Source of the DNA: Thermodesulfobacteriota bacterium
GTDB lineage: Bacteria > Desulfobacterota > Binatia > Bin18
Direction of reading: 5' to 3'
Assembly: GCA_964291405.2 (NCBI GenBank)
Contig: OZ219926.1
Span: forward strand, 2,848,001-2,912,000
Length of the DNA: 64,000 nt
Position numbers and translations under genes: made by a program
Shown here: positions 50,027 to 59,818 of the stretch, piece after piece
Position numbering within the stretch: position 1 is the stretch's first letter
Layout: every line of letters starts with the position of its first letter
Notes under the pieces: model-generated
What the model saw: the letters and a program-made list of their open reading frames with translations, nothing else
What the model was told of the DNA's origin: nothing
Database searches by the model: none

Positions 50027-50152
50027 GTGATACCTCCTTTTTTTGGTCAGGACAGCGGAGCGTCGAGTGGTGAGTCGTCACCTGGGCCGCCGGTGTCCAG
50101 CCGCCGTCATAGCGCGTCGGACCGGGGCCGTAAAGCGTTGGGCGAGTCCGCC

Positions 50153-51418
50153 TCAACCCAGCAGGTCCTCATCCCGGCGTACATAGAGGTCTGCCGCTGC
50201 CTGGACCTCGGCCTGATTATCGGGTCGGCCGTTGCTCACCAGAATCGGCGAGTCGCCGGTGCTACCGAGATCGTTGGCAAGCACACGGGCGGTGACCTTA
50301 TTCCGGCTGGTGTGACTGTGCGCCGTTCCGCCTGCGCCCTGCATGACAACGGCCGGAGACTTGCCGTTGAAAACATTCCGGGAGAGCGTCGCGACAACCT
50401 CGTTGTCCGTGGTCTCGACGTTGTCCAGGCCGGACCCACCGACCAGACGGACCGCGTGTGCCTTCCAGTCGGCGATCTCATTCCGATCAATCACAATGCG
50501 ACAGGTGTTATGCCGGGCCTCTCCCAGCGCCCCGTGAACGGCGATGCCCACCGGACTGTTGGTAATCGTATTGCCCGAAAGCAGGGCGGTGAGCTGGCCG
50601 TGCTGGGGTACTTTCTCCGCCAGGGGAATGGCGGTCAGGATGTTGATACCAAACTGCTTGTTACCCCGGAGGGTGTTGTCCGCGACGGTCAGCGCCTGCC
50701 GATTGGACGACGGTCCGAAAGAACACGAGAACAGCAGGCCGCCCCGTTCACAGTCTTCAATCGTATTGCGCAGGATCGCGGCGTCAAAGGACACCGCGTC
50801 CGGTTCGGGAAAGAAACAGATAAAGGCGAGACCGTCGGCAAAGCAGCGGCGCATGGTATTGCCGGTAATGAGGAGATGGTTGCGCTGGTCGGCCCGGGCT
50901 TCGGCAAAAATATGGTGGCCCTGGCGCGCGCCCGTTCCGCGCGGCAGGGATGGCTCGAAGCGTTCCAGTCCGTTGTCTGAAAAATCACAGTCTGTTATGG
51001 TCGCCGCAGTGACCCCGCATAAGAAAATACCGTGATCCCCGTGGTTGCTGATCGTGCACGCGCGAACCGTAACCGAGGCGGACGGGGGAACGCCAATTCC
51101 GTGCCCACCGCCCTGGGTGACGGTCACGCCACTCAGACTCGTCCCGTCTGCGAGGACGACGACCGACTGCTCCGGTTGGATCGGATGAAAGGACGGGGCG
51201 AAGTGTCCCTCTCCGTCAATAATGCATTCCTGTCTGGCAGCGCCTTGAACCCGGACGCCGGGCGGAACGGTTAAGGGCAAACGCTCTCCGGTCAGAGACG
51301 GGGAGTAGCGGCCGGGCTCGATCAGGATAACATCGTCCGGCTGAGCCTGCCGGAGGGCTTCTGAGAGCGAACGCGCATCGGCATGAGCCGCGTGAGGCGA
51401 GACAAAAATCGTCTTCAT
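50153..51418 (-). CDS. Right-handed beta-helix protein (DUF1565-like)
   Basis: PGRYS...GERLPL N-terminus; repeated I.GN.I turns. Confidence 0.7.
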   Translation of the reverse strand: MKTIFVSPHAAHADARSLSEALRQAQPDDVILIEPGRYSPSLTGERLPLTVPPGVRVQGAARQECIIDGEGHFAPSFHPIQPEQSVVVLADGTSLSGVTVTQGGGHGIGVPPSASVTVRACTISNHGDHGIFLCGVTAATITDCDFSDNGLERFEPSLPRGTGARQGHHIFAEARADQRNHLLITGNTMRRCFADGLAFICFFPEPDAVSFDAAILRNTIEDCERGGLLFSCSFGPSSNRQALTVADNTLRGNKQFGINILTAIPLAEKVPQHGQLTALLSGNTITNSPVGIAVHGALGEARHNTCRIVIDRNEIADWKAHAVRLVGGSGLDNVETTDNEVVATLSRNVFNGKSPAVVMQGAGGTAHSHTSRNKVTARVLANDLGSTGDSPILVSNGRPDNQAEVQAAADLYVRRDEDLLG

Positions 51419-51490
51419 CGTTCTTCCTTAAAGGTGCCGGTCGGCATGAAAAAGGTACTGAAACGCCTGGAAAACATACGGAGAAGGGTC

Positions 51491-51570
51491 AAAAAAAGGC
51501 CCGAATGAAAACATCCGGGCCTAGGGCTCAAGACGGCGGGGTTCCCACACTCCGGACGTCTCTACGCACC
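51491..51570 (-). ncRNA. Predicted ~80-nt small RNA (RNA-A)
   Basis: TTGACC (51603-51598)-17 nt-TAGGGT (51580-51575) promoter; terminator AGGCCCGGATG-TTTT-CATTCGGGCCT plus T run (51522-51491); no ORF. Confidence 0.55.
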
Positions 51571-51817
51571 CAGCACCCTAGCGAACTCCACCCCCAGGGT
51601 CAATACCTGAAGATTCACAAAAAGTATTGTTTGTGTCGCATTGGTCCAGAGCTGCGGGGCGAATTTAGAACATTCTGTTATTTTGGGACAGCTATTTTTA
51701 ACAACACCATTTTAAGTTGACGAACTCCTTATTTCAAAAGGACTTTTTTTTGAAAAAACTTTTCCAAAATGCCATTTGGTTATTGACGCTTTTCTGTTGT
51801 TTTGGTAAAAAATTGTT

Positions 51818-52047
51818 CCAGAAAGAGCTTTGCCTAGGGTTCACGGTCAGGAATGGGGTTCCCAACCAAGAATGGAAGTCGTTGAAAATGAGCGTAAGGG
51901 AGCGAATGCGCTTCCCTAGCGGTTCTTTGAACTTCCACACTCCGGACGCGGACGCTACTGCGAGGTAGACAGGATCAACCCGGAAGTTGATCCACAGGCG
52001 AGCGAATTCAAACGAGGAAGGCCCTGTGAAGGGCCTTCCTATTTTTT
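51818..52047 (+). ncRNA. Predicted ~230-nt structured RNA or leader (RNA-B)
   Basis: TTGACG (51783)-17 nt-TAAAAA (51806) with extended TG; several hairpins; ends at a strong terminator. Confidence 0.55.
52015..52047 (+). terminator. Intrinsic terminator or attenuator just upstream of the 52060 gene
   Basis: AGGAAGGCCCT-GTGA-AGGGCCTTCCT-ATTTTTT. Confidence 0.8.
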
Positions 52048-52059
52048 AGGTAGTAACTC

Positions 52060-52443
52060 ATGGCAACCGATCCAACCGAAAAGCTTCCCAAAATCAAGGT
52101 CTCCAGCGCCTATCCGGGCGAGTGGTATATCGTTGAGGTAGACGGTGGCGATGGTGACTTATCCATGGAGCTGCGTCGTCCGGTGGGTGAGGAGGACTCA
52201 GATGTCTTCCACCTCACGATTACAACAACGGCGCGGCCGTTTGATGTCAAAAGCGCGCGTGACGGCGGAGAGGCGCATACCCACGAAGGCGCTCATTCGA
52301 CCCACCTGACCTTTACCAGTCCCCAGGCGGTCTGGCCGGATTTTGTCCGCTGTGTGCAAGCCCTTGCCAGCATCTTTGATACGCTGGCAACCACGCCGCT
52401 CGACCGCGAAAAGGTCCGCGAGAATCTGCTGAAGAAAAAATAA
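52060..52443 (+). CDS. Hypothetical protein
   Basis: 127-aa ORF with plausible composition; no recognised motif. Confidence 0.65.
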   Translation: MATDPTEKLPKIKVSSAYPGEWYIVEVDGGDGDLSMELRRPVGEEDSDVFHLTITTTARPFDVKSARDGGEAHTHEGAHSTHLTFTSPQAVWPDFVRCVQALASIFDTLATTPLDREKVRENLLKKK

Positions 52444-52529
52444 TGGGGCCGAGCCGTCCGTCTCCGTCGCGCTATAAAGAGTAAACGTGTCCAGCATTAT
52501 CCATGCTCATTGGAGGACACGTTCACTCT

Positions 52530-53675
52530 TTACTCGGCCACGTAGCCCTTTTGCGTGCGGATCACGACGTCGGGCCGGGTGCTCTCTACGCGGACACTCC
52601 GGTACTGATTGCCACTCCCCGAGGACACATAGCCGAGGCTGTACTGGAAGCGGAGTTCGCGCGAGATCGTCTGGGTCGCCGTATCAAGCACGGTTCTGCT
52701 GCTGAGCACATCCCGGGTATTGAGCAGGAAGTGGCGTCCGCCGGTTTCATCACTCAACCGCCGCAACGTTCGTGAATCCACCCGCTCATCATGCCCACCA
52801 ACGACAACACCGAATGGACCGATGGCGAAACCGCTTCCACCGGGCGTGAGGCGATGGTGCGGATTACCGATCCCAATCGTGTAAATCAGCACGCCGGCCC
52901 GTTGCGAGACGGCAATCGTTTGCGCGAGGGAGGACAGACTTGCGGTATCCATGCCGTCTGTCATCACAATCAGGGCTTTCTTGCGGTGTTTGCCCTGCCG
53001 CATCCGTCGCAGGCCGGTGAGAATCGCGTCGTACAGGGAGGTCCCGCCCCGTGGACGGAGGAGGCCGATGCCCTGGGCCAGGAGCATCCGACTGTCAGTG
53101 AAGTCTTGCAGCACAAACGGCTGGGCGCTGAACCCGACCAGGAAGCCCTCATCCTGCGGCTTAATCGAGCTGATAAACCGCTGTAGGGCGTGGCGGGCAT
53201 GCCCGATTTTATTCTGCATACTGCCGCTCGAATCCACGATTAAGCCCAGACTGACCGGTTCATTCTCACCGGTATTGAAGTAGGTAATCTCCTGGCGCGT
53301 ATCGCCCTCGTACACCACGAAATCGCCCGTTTGCAGGCCGGGCACGTAGCCGCCGTTTTGATCTGTCACGGTGACGGTCACGAGTTGCTTGGGAGGCGGG
53401 CGGAGGGGCTGGGAACGCGGCGGAAGACTCGCTTGCTGACTCGGCGGCGGCAGGGCGGGACGTTGGGGCTGAACGGGAATTTCGAGCACCTGCTTACCGG
53501 TGGGAGCCAGCCGTTGGGGGGCTGGAGTGGGGGTTCGCTGCTCCACAGGCGGTGGCCGCTTGCCTTGCCAGCCTTCGGTTTGCAGCGTTCTCTCCTGGGT
53601 GAAAACCTGGGTCGCGCTCAGGAGGACAAGTCCTGCCCCACACACGAGGCTAGCGAAAAGAGAAGTCCGGCTCAT
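52530..53675 (-). CDS. Exported VWA domain protein (Acidobacterial VWFA-related type)
   Basis: VTVTDQNG, DSSGSM, GGTSLYDA, TDGMD, QYSLGY. Confidence 0.8.
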   Translation of the reverse strand: MSRTSLFASLVCGAGLVLLSATQVFTQERTLQTEGWQGKRPPPVEQRTPTPAPQRLAPTGKQVLEIPVQPQRPALPPPSQQASLPPRSQPLRPPPKQLVTVTVTDQNGGYVPGLQTGDFVVYEGDTRQEITYFNTGENEPVSLGLIVDSSGSMQNKIGHARHALQRFISSIKPQDEGFLVGFSAQPFVLQDFTDSRMLLAQGIGLLRPRGGTSLYDAILTGLRRMRQGKHRKKALIVMTDGMDTASLSSLAQTIAVSQRAGVLIYTIGIGNPHHRLTPGGSGFAIGPFGVVVGGHDERVDSRTLRRLSDETGGRHFLLNTRDVLSSRTVLDTATQTISRELRFQYSLGYVSSGSGNQYRSVRVESTRPDVVIRTQKGYVAE

Positions 53676-53830
53676 GGTACGCCTGCTTTCGTCTCTGTGT
53701 TTGACCTTAAACTCTTCTCTACACGGGAACAAGAGGGAATGGGGCATGGACTGGCCATCCCGCCATAGGCCAGTCTCCTTGACCCAGGGTAAGGCAGCGC
53801 TTAAGACGATCCGACAGAACGGAGAGGGCT

Positions 53831-54349
53831 ATGATTATCACACACCACGGGATGACCCCTGAGATCGATTCCAGCGCCTATATCCAGCAGAGTGCCCAGA
53901 TTATCGGCGATGTTCGGATCGGTCCGGAATCCAGTGTCTGGTTTAATGCCGTGGTCCGTGGTGATGTGTGCGCGATCCGCATTGGGGCACGGGTTAACAT
54001 CCAGGACAACACCACTGTTCATGTCTTTAGCGGTGGCATCCCAACTATTCTCGGGGACGGCGTGTCGGTCGCCCATAATGTCGTGGTCCATGCCTGCACC
54101 ATTGGTGATTTTACCCTGGTCGGCATGGGCGCGATTGTCCTGGACGGGGCTGAAGTGGGGAAAGAGTGTCTGATTGGCGCCGGCGCGGTGGTTACCCCGC
54201 GAACGAAGATCCCACCCCATTCGTTGGTACTTGGGAATCCGGGTAAGGTCGTACGTTCACTCACACCCGAGGAAGTTGCCTCGCTCCACCGCTCGGCGAA
54301 TAATTATGTCCGGTTTTCCCGTGAGTATATTGAGCAGGGCATTGCCTAG
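53831..54349 (+). CDS. Gamma carbonic anhydrase family protein
   Basis: IIGDV, VRGD, NIQDN, hexapeptide repeats. Confidence 0.9.
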   Translation: MIITHHGMTPEIDSSAYIQQSAQIIGDVRIGPESSVWFNAVVRGDVCAIRIGARVNIQDNTTVHVFSGGIPTILGDGVSVAHNVVVHACTIGDFTLVGMGAIVLDGAEVGKECLIGAGAVVTPRTKIPPHSLVLGNPGKVVRSLTPEEVASLHRSANNYVRFSREYIEQGIA

Positions 54350-54396
54350 CGGTTTCTTTATACAAGACATCTGCGCCGCGGCCTGGTTACAGAGGC

Positions 54397-55071
54397 TCAA
54401 CGGAGGCGAGAGCGTCGAACCGGCAAAAGCAGAAGTGCCCCGACAGCAAAACCACCGACGTGTGCCCACCACGCTACCCCGCCGCTTATGTTGACGGTTG
54501 CAGTAGTCAGACCCTGCACCAACTGTACCAGGAACCACAGTGCGAGAAAGATGACAGCCGGGACCGAGATGATCTGAAAGAAGAAAAGAATGGGAATGAG
54601 GGTCACCACGCGGGCACGAGGGAAGAGCACGAAATAGCCGCCCATGACGCCGGCAATCGCCCCGCTCGCGCCGACAACAGGCAGGTGGGAGTCCGGTGCG
54701 GTCAGCGCGTGCAAAGAGGTCGCGGCCACGCCGCAGCCGAGGTAATAGGCCAGATAGCGTCCTTTCCCCAGGCGATCTTCAACATTGTCGCCAAAGATCC
54801 ACAGCATCCACATATTACCGATCAGGTGCAACCAGCCGCCGTGGATAAACATGGCGCTGAACAGCGGGCCAAAGCGCGTCAGGAGATTCCACGGTTCGGT
54901 TTCGGAGAGATAAAAGTAGCGGACGGGCACAAAGCCGTACACGGCGATAAATCGTCCCAGGCTTGTCCCCAACCCCAGCTCATAGACAAAGACGAGAACA
55001 TTCAGACCGATACAGCTGAGGGTCACCAGGGGAAACGATTGGGCCGGGACCGTGTCACGGAGCGGAATCAT
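54397..55071 (-). CDS. Rhomboid intramembrane serine protease
   Basis: HGGWLHLIGNM, GASGAIA, AHVGGF. Confidence 0.9.
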   Translation of the reverse strand: MIPLRDTVPAQSFPLVTLSCIGLNVLVFVYELGLGTSLGRFIAVYGFVPVRYFYLSETEPWNLLTRFGPLFSAMFIHGGWLHLIGNMWMLWIFGDNVEDRLGKGRYLAYYLGCGVAATSLHALTAPDSHLPVVGASGAIAGVMGGYFVLFPRARVVTLIPILFFFQIISVPAVIFLALWFLVQLVQGLTTATVNISGGVAWWAHVGGFAVGALLLLPVRRSRLR

Positions 55072-55197
55072 AACACTATCACTTCGGTCTACAGTGCGTG
55101 AGAACGACCGGAAAAGAAAGCCTCCGCTGGCGGGCAATGATGCTTCTGTGTCACTCTCCCCACTACCCTCCGATGGAAGAGGTGGTAAGGTAACGGC

Positions 55198-55752
55198 ATG
55201 CCGGATGTGTCTGCTCTCACGCTGTTCCTGAGCCTGTGCTTTCTGGCCATCAGTATTGGCCTCGTTTATCTCTTGGGCAAGGTTTTTCTAGGGGGATTCC
55301 GTGCTTCCTTTGGCGGCCTGTTCGAACGGGCGGCTTTTCGCCGTCAGAGTCTGCGCTGTCAGCGCGGCGATGAACTGCTTGAACAAGGCGACCTGACCGG
55401 GGCGGCCCAGGCGTTTGGGAGCGCCTTTTTTCTTAAACCCATCCGCCAAGACGCGTCCCTGCTGACCGAAGTCGGCAAATACCACACCGGCTTACTCAAC
55501 CGTTTGCTGACTGTTGCGGATGAACTGGACACTGGACGCCTCAGTCTGCCCGCCTTGGCGGATACGGATCGTTTACTTGCCGAGCGCCTGGAAATCCAGC
55601 TCGACGCCTTCCGGGAGCGAGCCGGAGAGAGCCGACCAAGTGCTGACGTAGAGCCTCGGCTCAAAGAGAATGAGCGCCAGCTTCGGATCGCCATTGACCG
55701 CCTACTGAGTGCCATTACCTCGTCCGGTGAAGAGCGCGTGGTGTATCATTAA
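55198..55752 (+). CDS. Hypothetical membrane-anchored protein
   Basis: N-terminal TM followed by a helical domain. Confidence 0.6.
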   Translation: MPDVSALTLFLSLCFLAISIGLVYLLGKVFLGGFRASFGGLFERAAFRRQSLRCQRGDELLEQGDLTGAAQAFGSAFFLKPIRQDASLLTEVGKYHTGLLNRLLTVADELDTGRLSLPALADTDRLLAERLEIQLDAFRERAGESRPSADVEPRLKENERQLRIAIDRLLSAITSSGEERVVYH

Positions 55753-55842
55753 AGTCAAGCTGCGCATGGTCTTTATTGACAAATGCGTCGAGCCAACCGA
55801 TGGTGGGCGAAGTTTGACAGCACTGGTGCTTTGGGAGGGCGT

Positions 55843-57060
55843 ATGTTTGACGTAAACGCGGTACGCACGGATTTTCCGGGAACAACGCAACAGGTCTATC
55901 TGAACGCTGCCGGGATTGGGCTGCCGCCGAAGTCGGCAACCCAGGCCGTCCAACGCGCAGCGACTCTGCTCGGTCAGGGGCCGGCCGAGATGGGTTACCC
56001 AGCCTATTATCAGGCGCTCGGCAAACCGAGCGTTCAGGCCAGACAGGAAGCCGCTCGGCTGCTCAGGGCTCAGCCCACGGAAATCGCCTTTACCGACGAC
56101 ACCACCATGGGGTTGAATACCGCCCTGGCCGCCATCCCTTTTGCCCCTGGTGACAATATCGTGCTGTGCGACCTGGAGTATCCGCAGGTTGCCATCAGCG
56201 CCGCCCACTCCCAGAAGCACCAGGCGGTTGAGGTTCGGGTTGCGCGTCATCGGGACGGCTTGATTGGTGTGGATGACTATGCCCGGTTGATAGACCAACA
56301 TACCCGCGCGATTGTGGTGAGCTCGGTGCAATGGATCAACGGCCTGCGTATGGATCTGGCCGCGTTTTCACACCTGGCCGAAGAGCGGGGCTGTTTTCTG
56401 GTGGTGGATGCCATTCAGCAGTTGGGCGCCCTGCCGCTCGATGTCTCCACGCTACGCGTCGACTTCCTGGCCGCGGGTGCCCAGAAATGGTTGAACGCGC
56501 CGTTTAATATCGGGCTCTTATACATCCGTTCGGAGGTCCAGGAGCAGGTCGAACCCGGATTGGCTCATGGCCTGTTCGCGCTGGCCGAGCCGCCGGAAGG
56601 GTGGCTTCGCTATCTTGGCGACCCAGGGCTGACGCCCTTTATGTCCCTGCCCCTGGCCTCGGACGCCCGCCGGTTTGAGGTCCATGGCATGCCCAAGAAC
56701 CTTGGGACCGCAGGCCTGGCAGAGTCGCTGGCCTATGTCAATCAACTCGACTCGACCGCCGTCACCGAGCATATTCTGTCGCTGGGCGACTTTCTGATAG
56801 AAGAGCTGAGACGCCGCGACATCAAGGTCTGGACTCAAGAGGCGCACGCGCTGCGCTCGGGCATTGTTACCTGCGAGCCGTTTCCGGACGCGGACCGGGT
56901 CCATCAACTCAACCAGGCGCTGGAAGCCCGGAACATCTATCCGACCGTGCGGTACTGCTCCGGGGTCGGCGGGCTGCGGGTCTCGATTCATTACTATACC
57001 AGCCGGGACGATATTGACGCCTTACTGACCGCGCTGGACGAGATACTGAAGACGGCCTAG
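55843..57060 (+). CDS. Aminotransferase class V PLP enzyme
   Basis: YLNAAG, VDAIQ, QKWL, RVSIHYY. Confidence 0.85.
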   Translation: MFDVNAVRTDFPGTTQQVYLNAAGIGLPPKSATQAVQRAATLLGQGPAEMGYPAYYQALGKPSVQARQEAARLLRAQPTEIAFTDDTTMGLNTALAAIPFAPGDNIVLCDLEYPQVAISAAHSQKHQAVEVRVARHRDGLIGVDDYARLIDQHTRAIVVSSVQWINGLRMDLAAFSHLAEERGCFLVVDAIQQLGALPLDVSTLRVDFLAAGAQKWLNAPFNIGLLYIRSEVQEQVEPGLAHGLFALAEPPEGWLRYLGDPGLTPFMSLPLASDARRFEVHGMPKNLGTAGLAESLAYVNQLDSTAVTEHILSLGDFLIEELRRRDIKVWTQEAHALRSGIVTCEPFPDADRVHQLNQALEARNIYPTVRYCSGVGGLRVSIHYYTSRDDIDALLTALDEILKTA

Positions 57061-57064
57061 CCGG

Positions 57065-57772
57065 ATGGATATTCGCGTTGTATTTTTTGACGCCGCGGGC
57101 ACGCTGTTACGCGTCAACGGTTCGGTCGGCGAGACCTACGCTCGGCTGGCCCGTGAGCACGGCAAGGCCGTCAGTGTCCGGGCCCTGGAAGACGGCTTTC
57201 GACGCTGCTTTGCCACCGCGCCGCCCATGGCCTTTCCCGGTGCGGAAGCGGACCAGATTCCACGACTGGAGAAAGCCTGGTGGCACGACGTGGTCCAGCA
57301 GGTCTTTGCCCCGCTCGGCCCGTTTCCCGGTTTTGAAGCCTACTTTAACGCCCTGTACGATTTCTTTGCCGAACCGCAGGCGTGGCAACTTTATCCGGAA
57401 GCCCGCCGGACGCTGGCGGCCCTGCACGCGCGTGGGTATCGTCTCGGGGTGATTTCAAATTTCGACGCCCGCCTGTTTGGCGTGCTTAACGGCTTGGACA
57501 TCGGCCACTTCTTCGACCCTATTATTGCCTCGACGCGCGCCGGGGCGGCCAAGCCCGAGCCCGCCATCTTTCAGAAAGCACTCACGGAGTGTGATCTTCG
57601 CCCGCAAGAAGCCCTGCATATCGGTGACAGCTATGAGCTGGATATTGTCGGGGCGCAGCAGGCCGGACTTACCCCGGTCCTGATTCACCGCTCCGGCCGC
57701 CAGCAGAGCACCGACGACTACCACGTTGTCCGCGGTTTGGACGAGCTGCTGACGGTGCTTGAATCCCTCTAG
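57065..57772 (+). CDS. HAD-IA family hydrolase
   Basis: FDAAGTL, SNFD, KP, HIGDS. Confidence 0.9.
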   Translation: MDIRVVFFDAAGTLLRVNGSVGETYARLAREHGKAVSVRALEDGFRRCFATAPPMAFPGAEADQIPRLEKAWWHDVVQQVFAPLGPFPGFEAYFNALYDFFAEPQAWQLYPEARRTLAALHARGYRLGVISNFDARLFGVLNGLDIGHFFDPIIASTRAGAAKPEPAIFQKALTECDLRPQEALHIGDSYELDIVGAQQAGLTPVLIHRSGRQQSTDDYHVVRGLDELLTVLESL

Positions 57773-57861
57773 AGAAGACCGCTCCTGAGCGGAAGCGTCC
57801 ACTACAAGCGCTGCTCCGGCTCCGCTATAACAACGGCATATTCCAAAAAAGGAGGGCGAGT

Positions 57862-58800
57862 ATGCCTGGACGCGAAGCCATACCAAAAGTCTCAAACTGG
57901 GGTCGGTGGGGAACGGATGATGAAAAGGGGACGGCCAATTTCATTACGCCGGAGGTGATTGTCGCCGCGGCCAGACTGGTTCGCAAGGGGCAGGTCTTCT
58001 GCTGCTGCATTCCGATTGATCAGGATGGACCGGTCTTTCCTACCCGCACCCCGCCCCAGCGGTTTATGTCGATCCTCAACGTCCCGGTCAAGGAAGTCGG
58101 TCTGGCGGGTTCCGCCATTGCCAACGACGACTATATCACCATGTATCTGCAAGGCTCGACCCAGTGGGACAGCCTGGCCCATGTGGGCTACGACGGCAAG
58201 TATTACAACGACGTGCCGGCCAGCGCCATCACCGCCCACGGTGGGGCGTCCAAGAACGATATTGGCAAGCTCTACCAGTCGTTTGTCACCCGAGGTGTGC
58301 TGCTCGACATGGTCCGCTACAAAGGCTGCGAAGCCGACGGACATCTCCCGGCTGATTATCCGATTACGGTCGAAGACCTGGACGGCTGCTGCCGGGCGCA
58401 GAACGTCGAGGTCAAAAGTGGCGACGCGCTATGCGTGCGTACCGGCTGGGTGCCGTATTGGTATACGCTCGAAACACCGGAACAGAAGGAAGCCTACTTC
58501 CACGCCCAGCCCGGCGTTTCGGTCTCAACCGCGGAATGGATACATCGGAAGGAAATTGCCTGCATTGCCGTGGACAATATCGCCGTCGAACGGCTGCCGT
58601 CCGAAGTGGACGACGAATTCATCCCCTTTCATCAGGTCGCCATCCGTGACCTCGGTCTCTCGCTGGGTGAGATTTTTACGTTCGAAGCCCTGGCAGAAGA
58701 CTGCGCCGATGACGGCGTGTACGAATTCCTGTGGGTCGCCCCGCCGCTCAACATCCCCAACGCGGTCGGCAGCCCGCTCAACCCCTTGGCGGTGAAGTGA
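57862..58800 (+). CDS. Cyclase family (kynurenine formamidase-like) protein
   Basis: NWGRWG.DDEKGTAN, STQWDSLAH, GSPLNPLA. Confidence 0.85.
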   Translation: MPGREAIPKVSNWGRWGTDDEKGTANFITPEVIVAAARLVRKGQVFCCCIPIDQDGPVFPTRTPPQRFMSILNVPVKEVGLAGSAIANDDYITMYLQGSTQWDSLAHVGYDGKYYNDVPASAITAHGGASKNDIGKLYQSFVTRGVLLDMVRYKGCEADGHLPADYPITVEDLDGCCRAQNVEVKSGDALCVRTGWVPYWYTLETPEQKEAYFHAQPGVSVSTAEWIHRKEIACIAVDNIAVERLPSEVDDEFIPFHQVAIRDLGLSLGEIFTFEALAEDCADDGVYEFLWVAPPLNIPNAVGSPLNPLAVK

Positions 58801-58811
58801 ACGACCAAAAA

Positions 58812-58838
58812 AGGGCAGCCATACAAGGCTGCCCCTAC
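58812..58838. repeat. REP-like palindrome between convergent genes
   Basis: GGGCAGCC-6 nt-GGCTGCCC-CTAC; same family as 61403-61459. Confidence 0.6.
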
Positions 58839-58862
58839 ATATGATCGTGAAAATCGAGGCCG

Positions 58863-59714
58863 TTACGCCATGCGTCCGGACATCGCCCGCAGCCGTGCGA
58901 TACGCTCTTCCAGCGGCGGATGGGTGGTAAACAGCCCTGCCATGGACCGCCCGGACAGCGGGTTGACGATAAAGAAGTGGGCCGTCTGAGGCGAGGCCTC
59001 CATGGGAGTGCGCTCGGACGCGAAGCCGAGCTTTTCCAGAGCTGAAGCCAGACCCTCGGGGTCGCCGCTCATCTGGGCGCCGCTCCGGTCCGCGGCGTAT
59101 TCGCGCGTGCGAGAGATGGCCATCTGGATAATCGTGGCCGCCAGCGGCGCCAGGATGGCCATCAGAATGAGACCCAGCATCCCGCCGCCGCCTTCGTCGT
59201 CATCGCTGCGGCTGAACCCGCCAAAAATAGCGGCCCACTGGGCCATGTTGGCAATTATCATGATGACCCCGGCCAGGGTCGCGGCAATGGAACTGATGAG
59301 GATGTCGCGATTCTTCACATGGGCGAGTTCATGCGCCAGGACGCCGGTCAACTCGCGCTCATTCATGACACGCAGAATACCCTGGGTGACCGCCACGGCC
59401 GCGTTTTCGGGATTCCGACCCGTAGCAAAAGCGTTCGCCCCCTCGGAGGGGATAATATACAGCTTGGGCATGGGCAGCCCGGCCCGAACGGTCAGGGCGT
59501 GAACAATGCGGTGGAGTTGCGGGGCGTCGGCTTCCGAGACCTGCTGACCGCCGTACATTTTGAGGACGATCTTGTCCGAAAACCAGTAGCTGCCGAAGTT
59601 CATGATGACGGCAAAGATAAAGGCAATGGTCAGCCCCTGAGAGCCGCCGAAATACTGTCCGATCAGCATGATCAGGCCGGTCAGGGCACCGAGTAAAAGC
59701 GTGGTGCGTAGCAT
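58863..59714 (-). CDS. htpX: Zinc metalloprotease HtpX
   Basis: [25 protein letters not shown]. Confidence 0.95.
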   Translation of the reverse strand: MLRTTLLLGALTGLIMLIGQYFGGSQGLTIAFIFAVIMNFGSYWFSDKIVLKMYGGQQVSEADAPQLHRIVHALTVRAGLPMPKLYIIPSEGANAFATGRNPENAAVAVTQGILRVMNERELTGVLAHELAHVKNRDILISSIAATLAGVIMIIANMAQWAAIFGGFSRSDDDEGGGGMLGLILMAILAPLAATIIQMAISRTREYAADRSGAQMSGDPEGLASALEKLGFASERTPMEASPQTAHFFIVNPLSGRSMAGLFTTHPPLEERIARLRAMSGRMA

Positions 59715-59818
59715 GGCTGTCTTCTCCTCCGCGCTCAATTTCAGCCGAGGCGAGCGCTCACTAGTCGTATAAGTATACGCTAAGTCTGCCCGGAGGTGAT
59801 GTCAATTCCACGCCGCTG

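Noticed and set aside
51717-51968. Short ORFs (83 aa on +, 68 aa on -) as type I toxins
   Set aside because: They span the AT-rich promoter region and lack an RBS; ORFs inside the predicted transcript are short and hydrophilic
51491-52047. CRISPR array, tmRNA, RNase P, SRP or 6S RNA
   Set aside because: Only two copies of each block with no regular spacing and no cas genes; no tRNA-like ends or RNase P/SRP motifs. 6S resemblance is weak and not fully excluded without an Rfam scan
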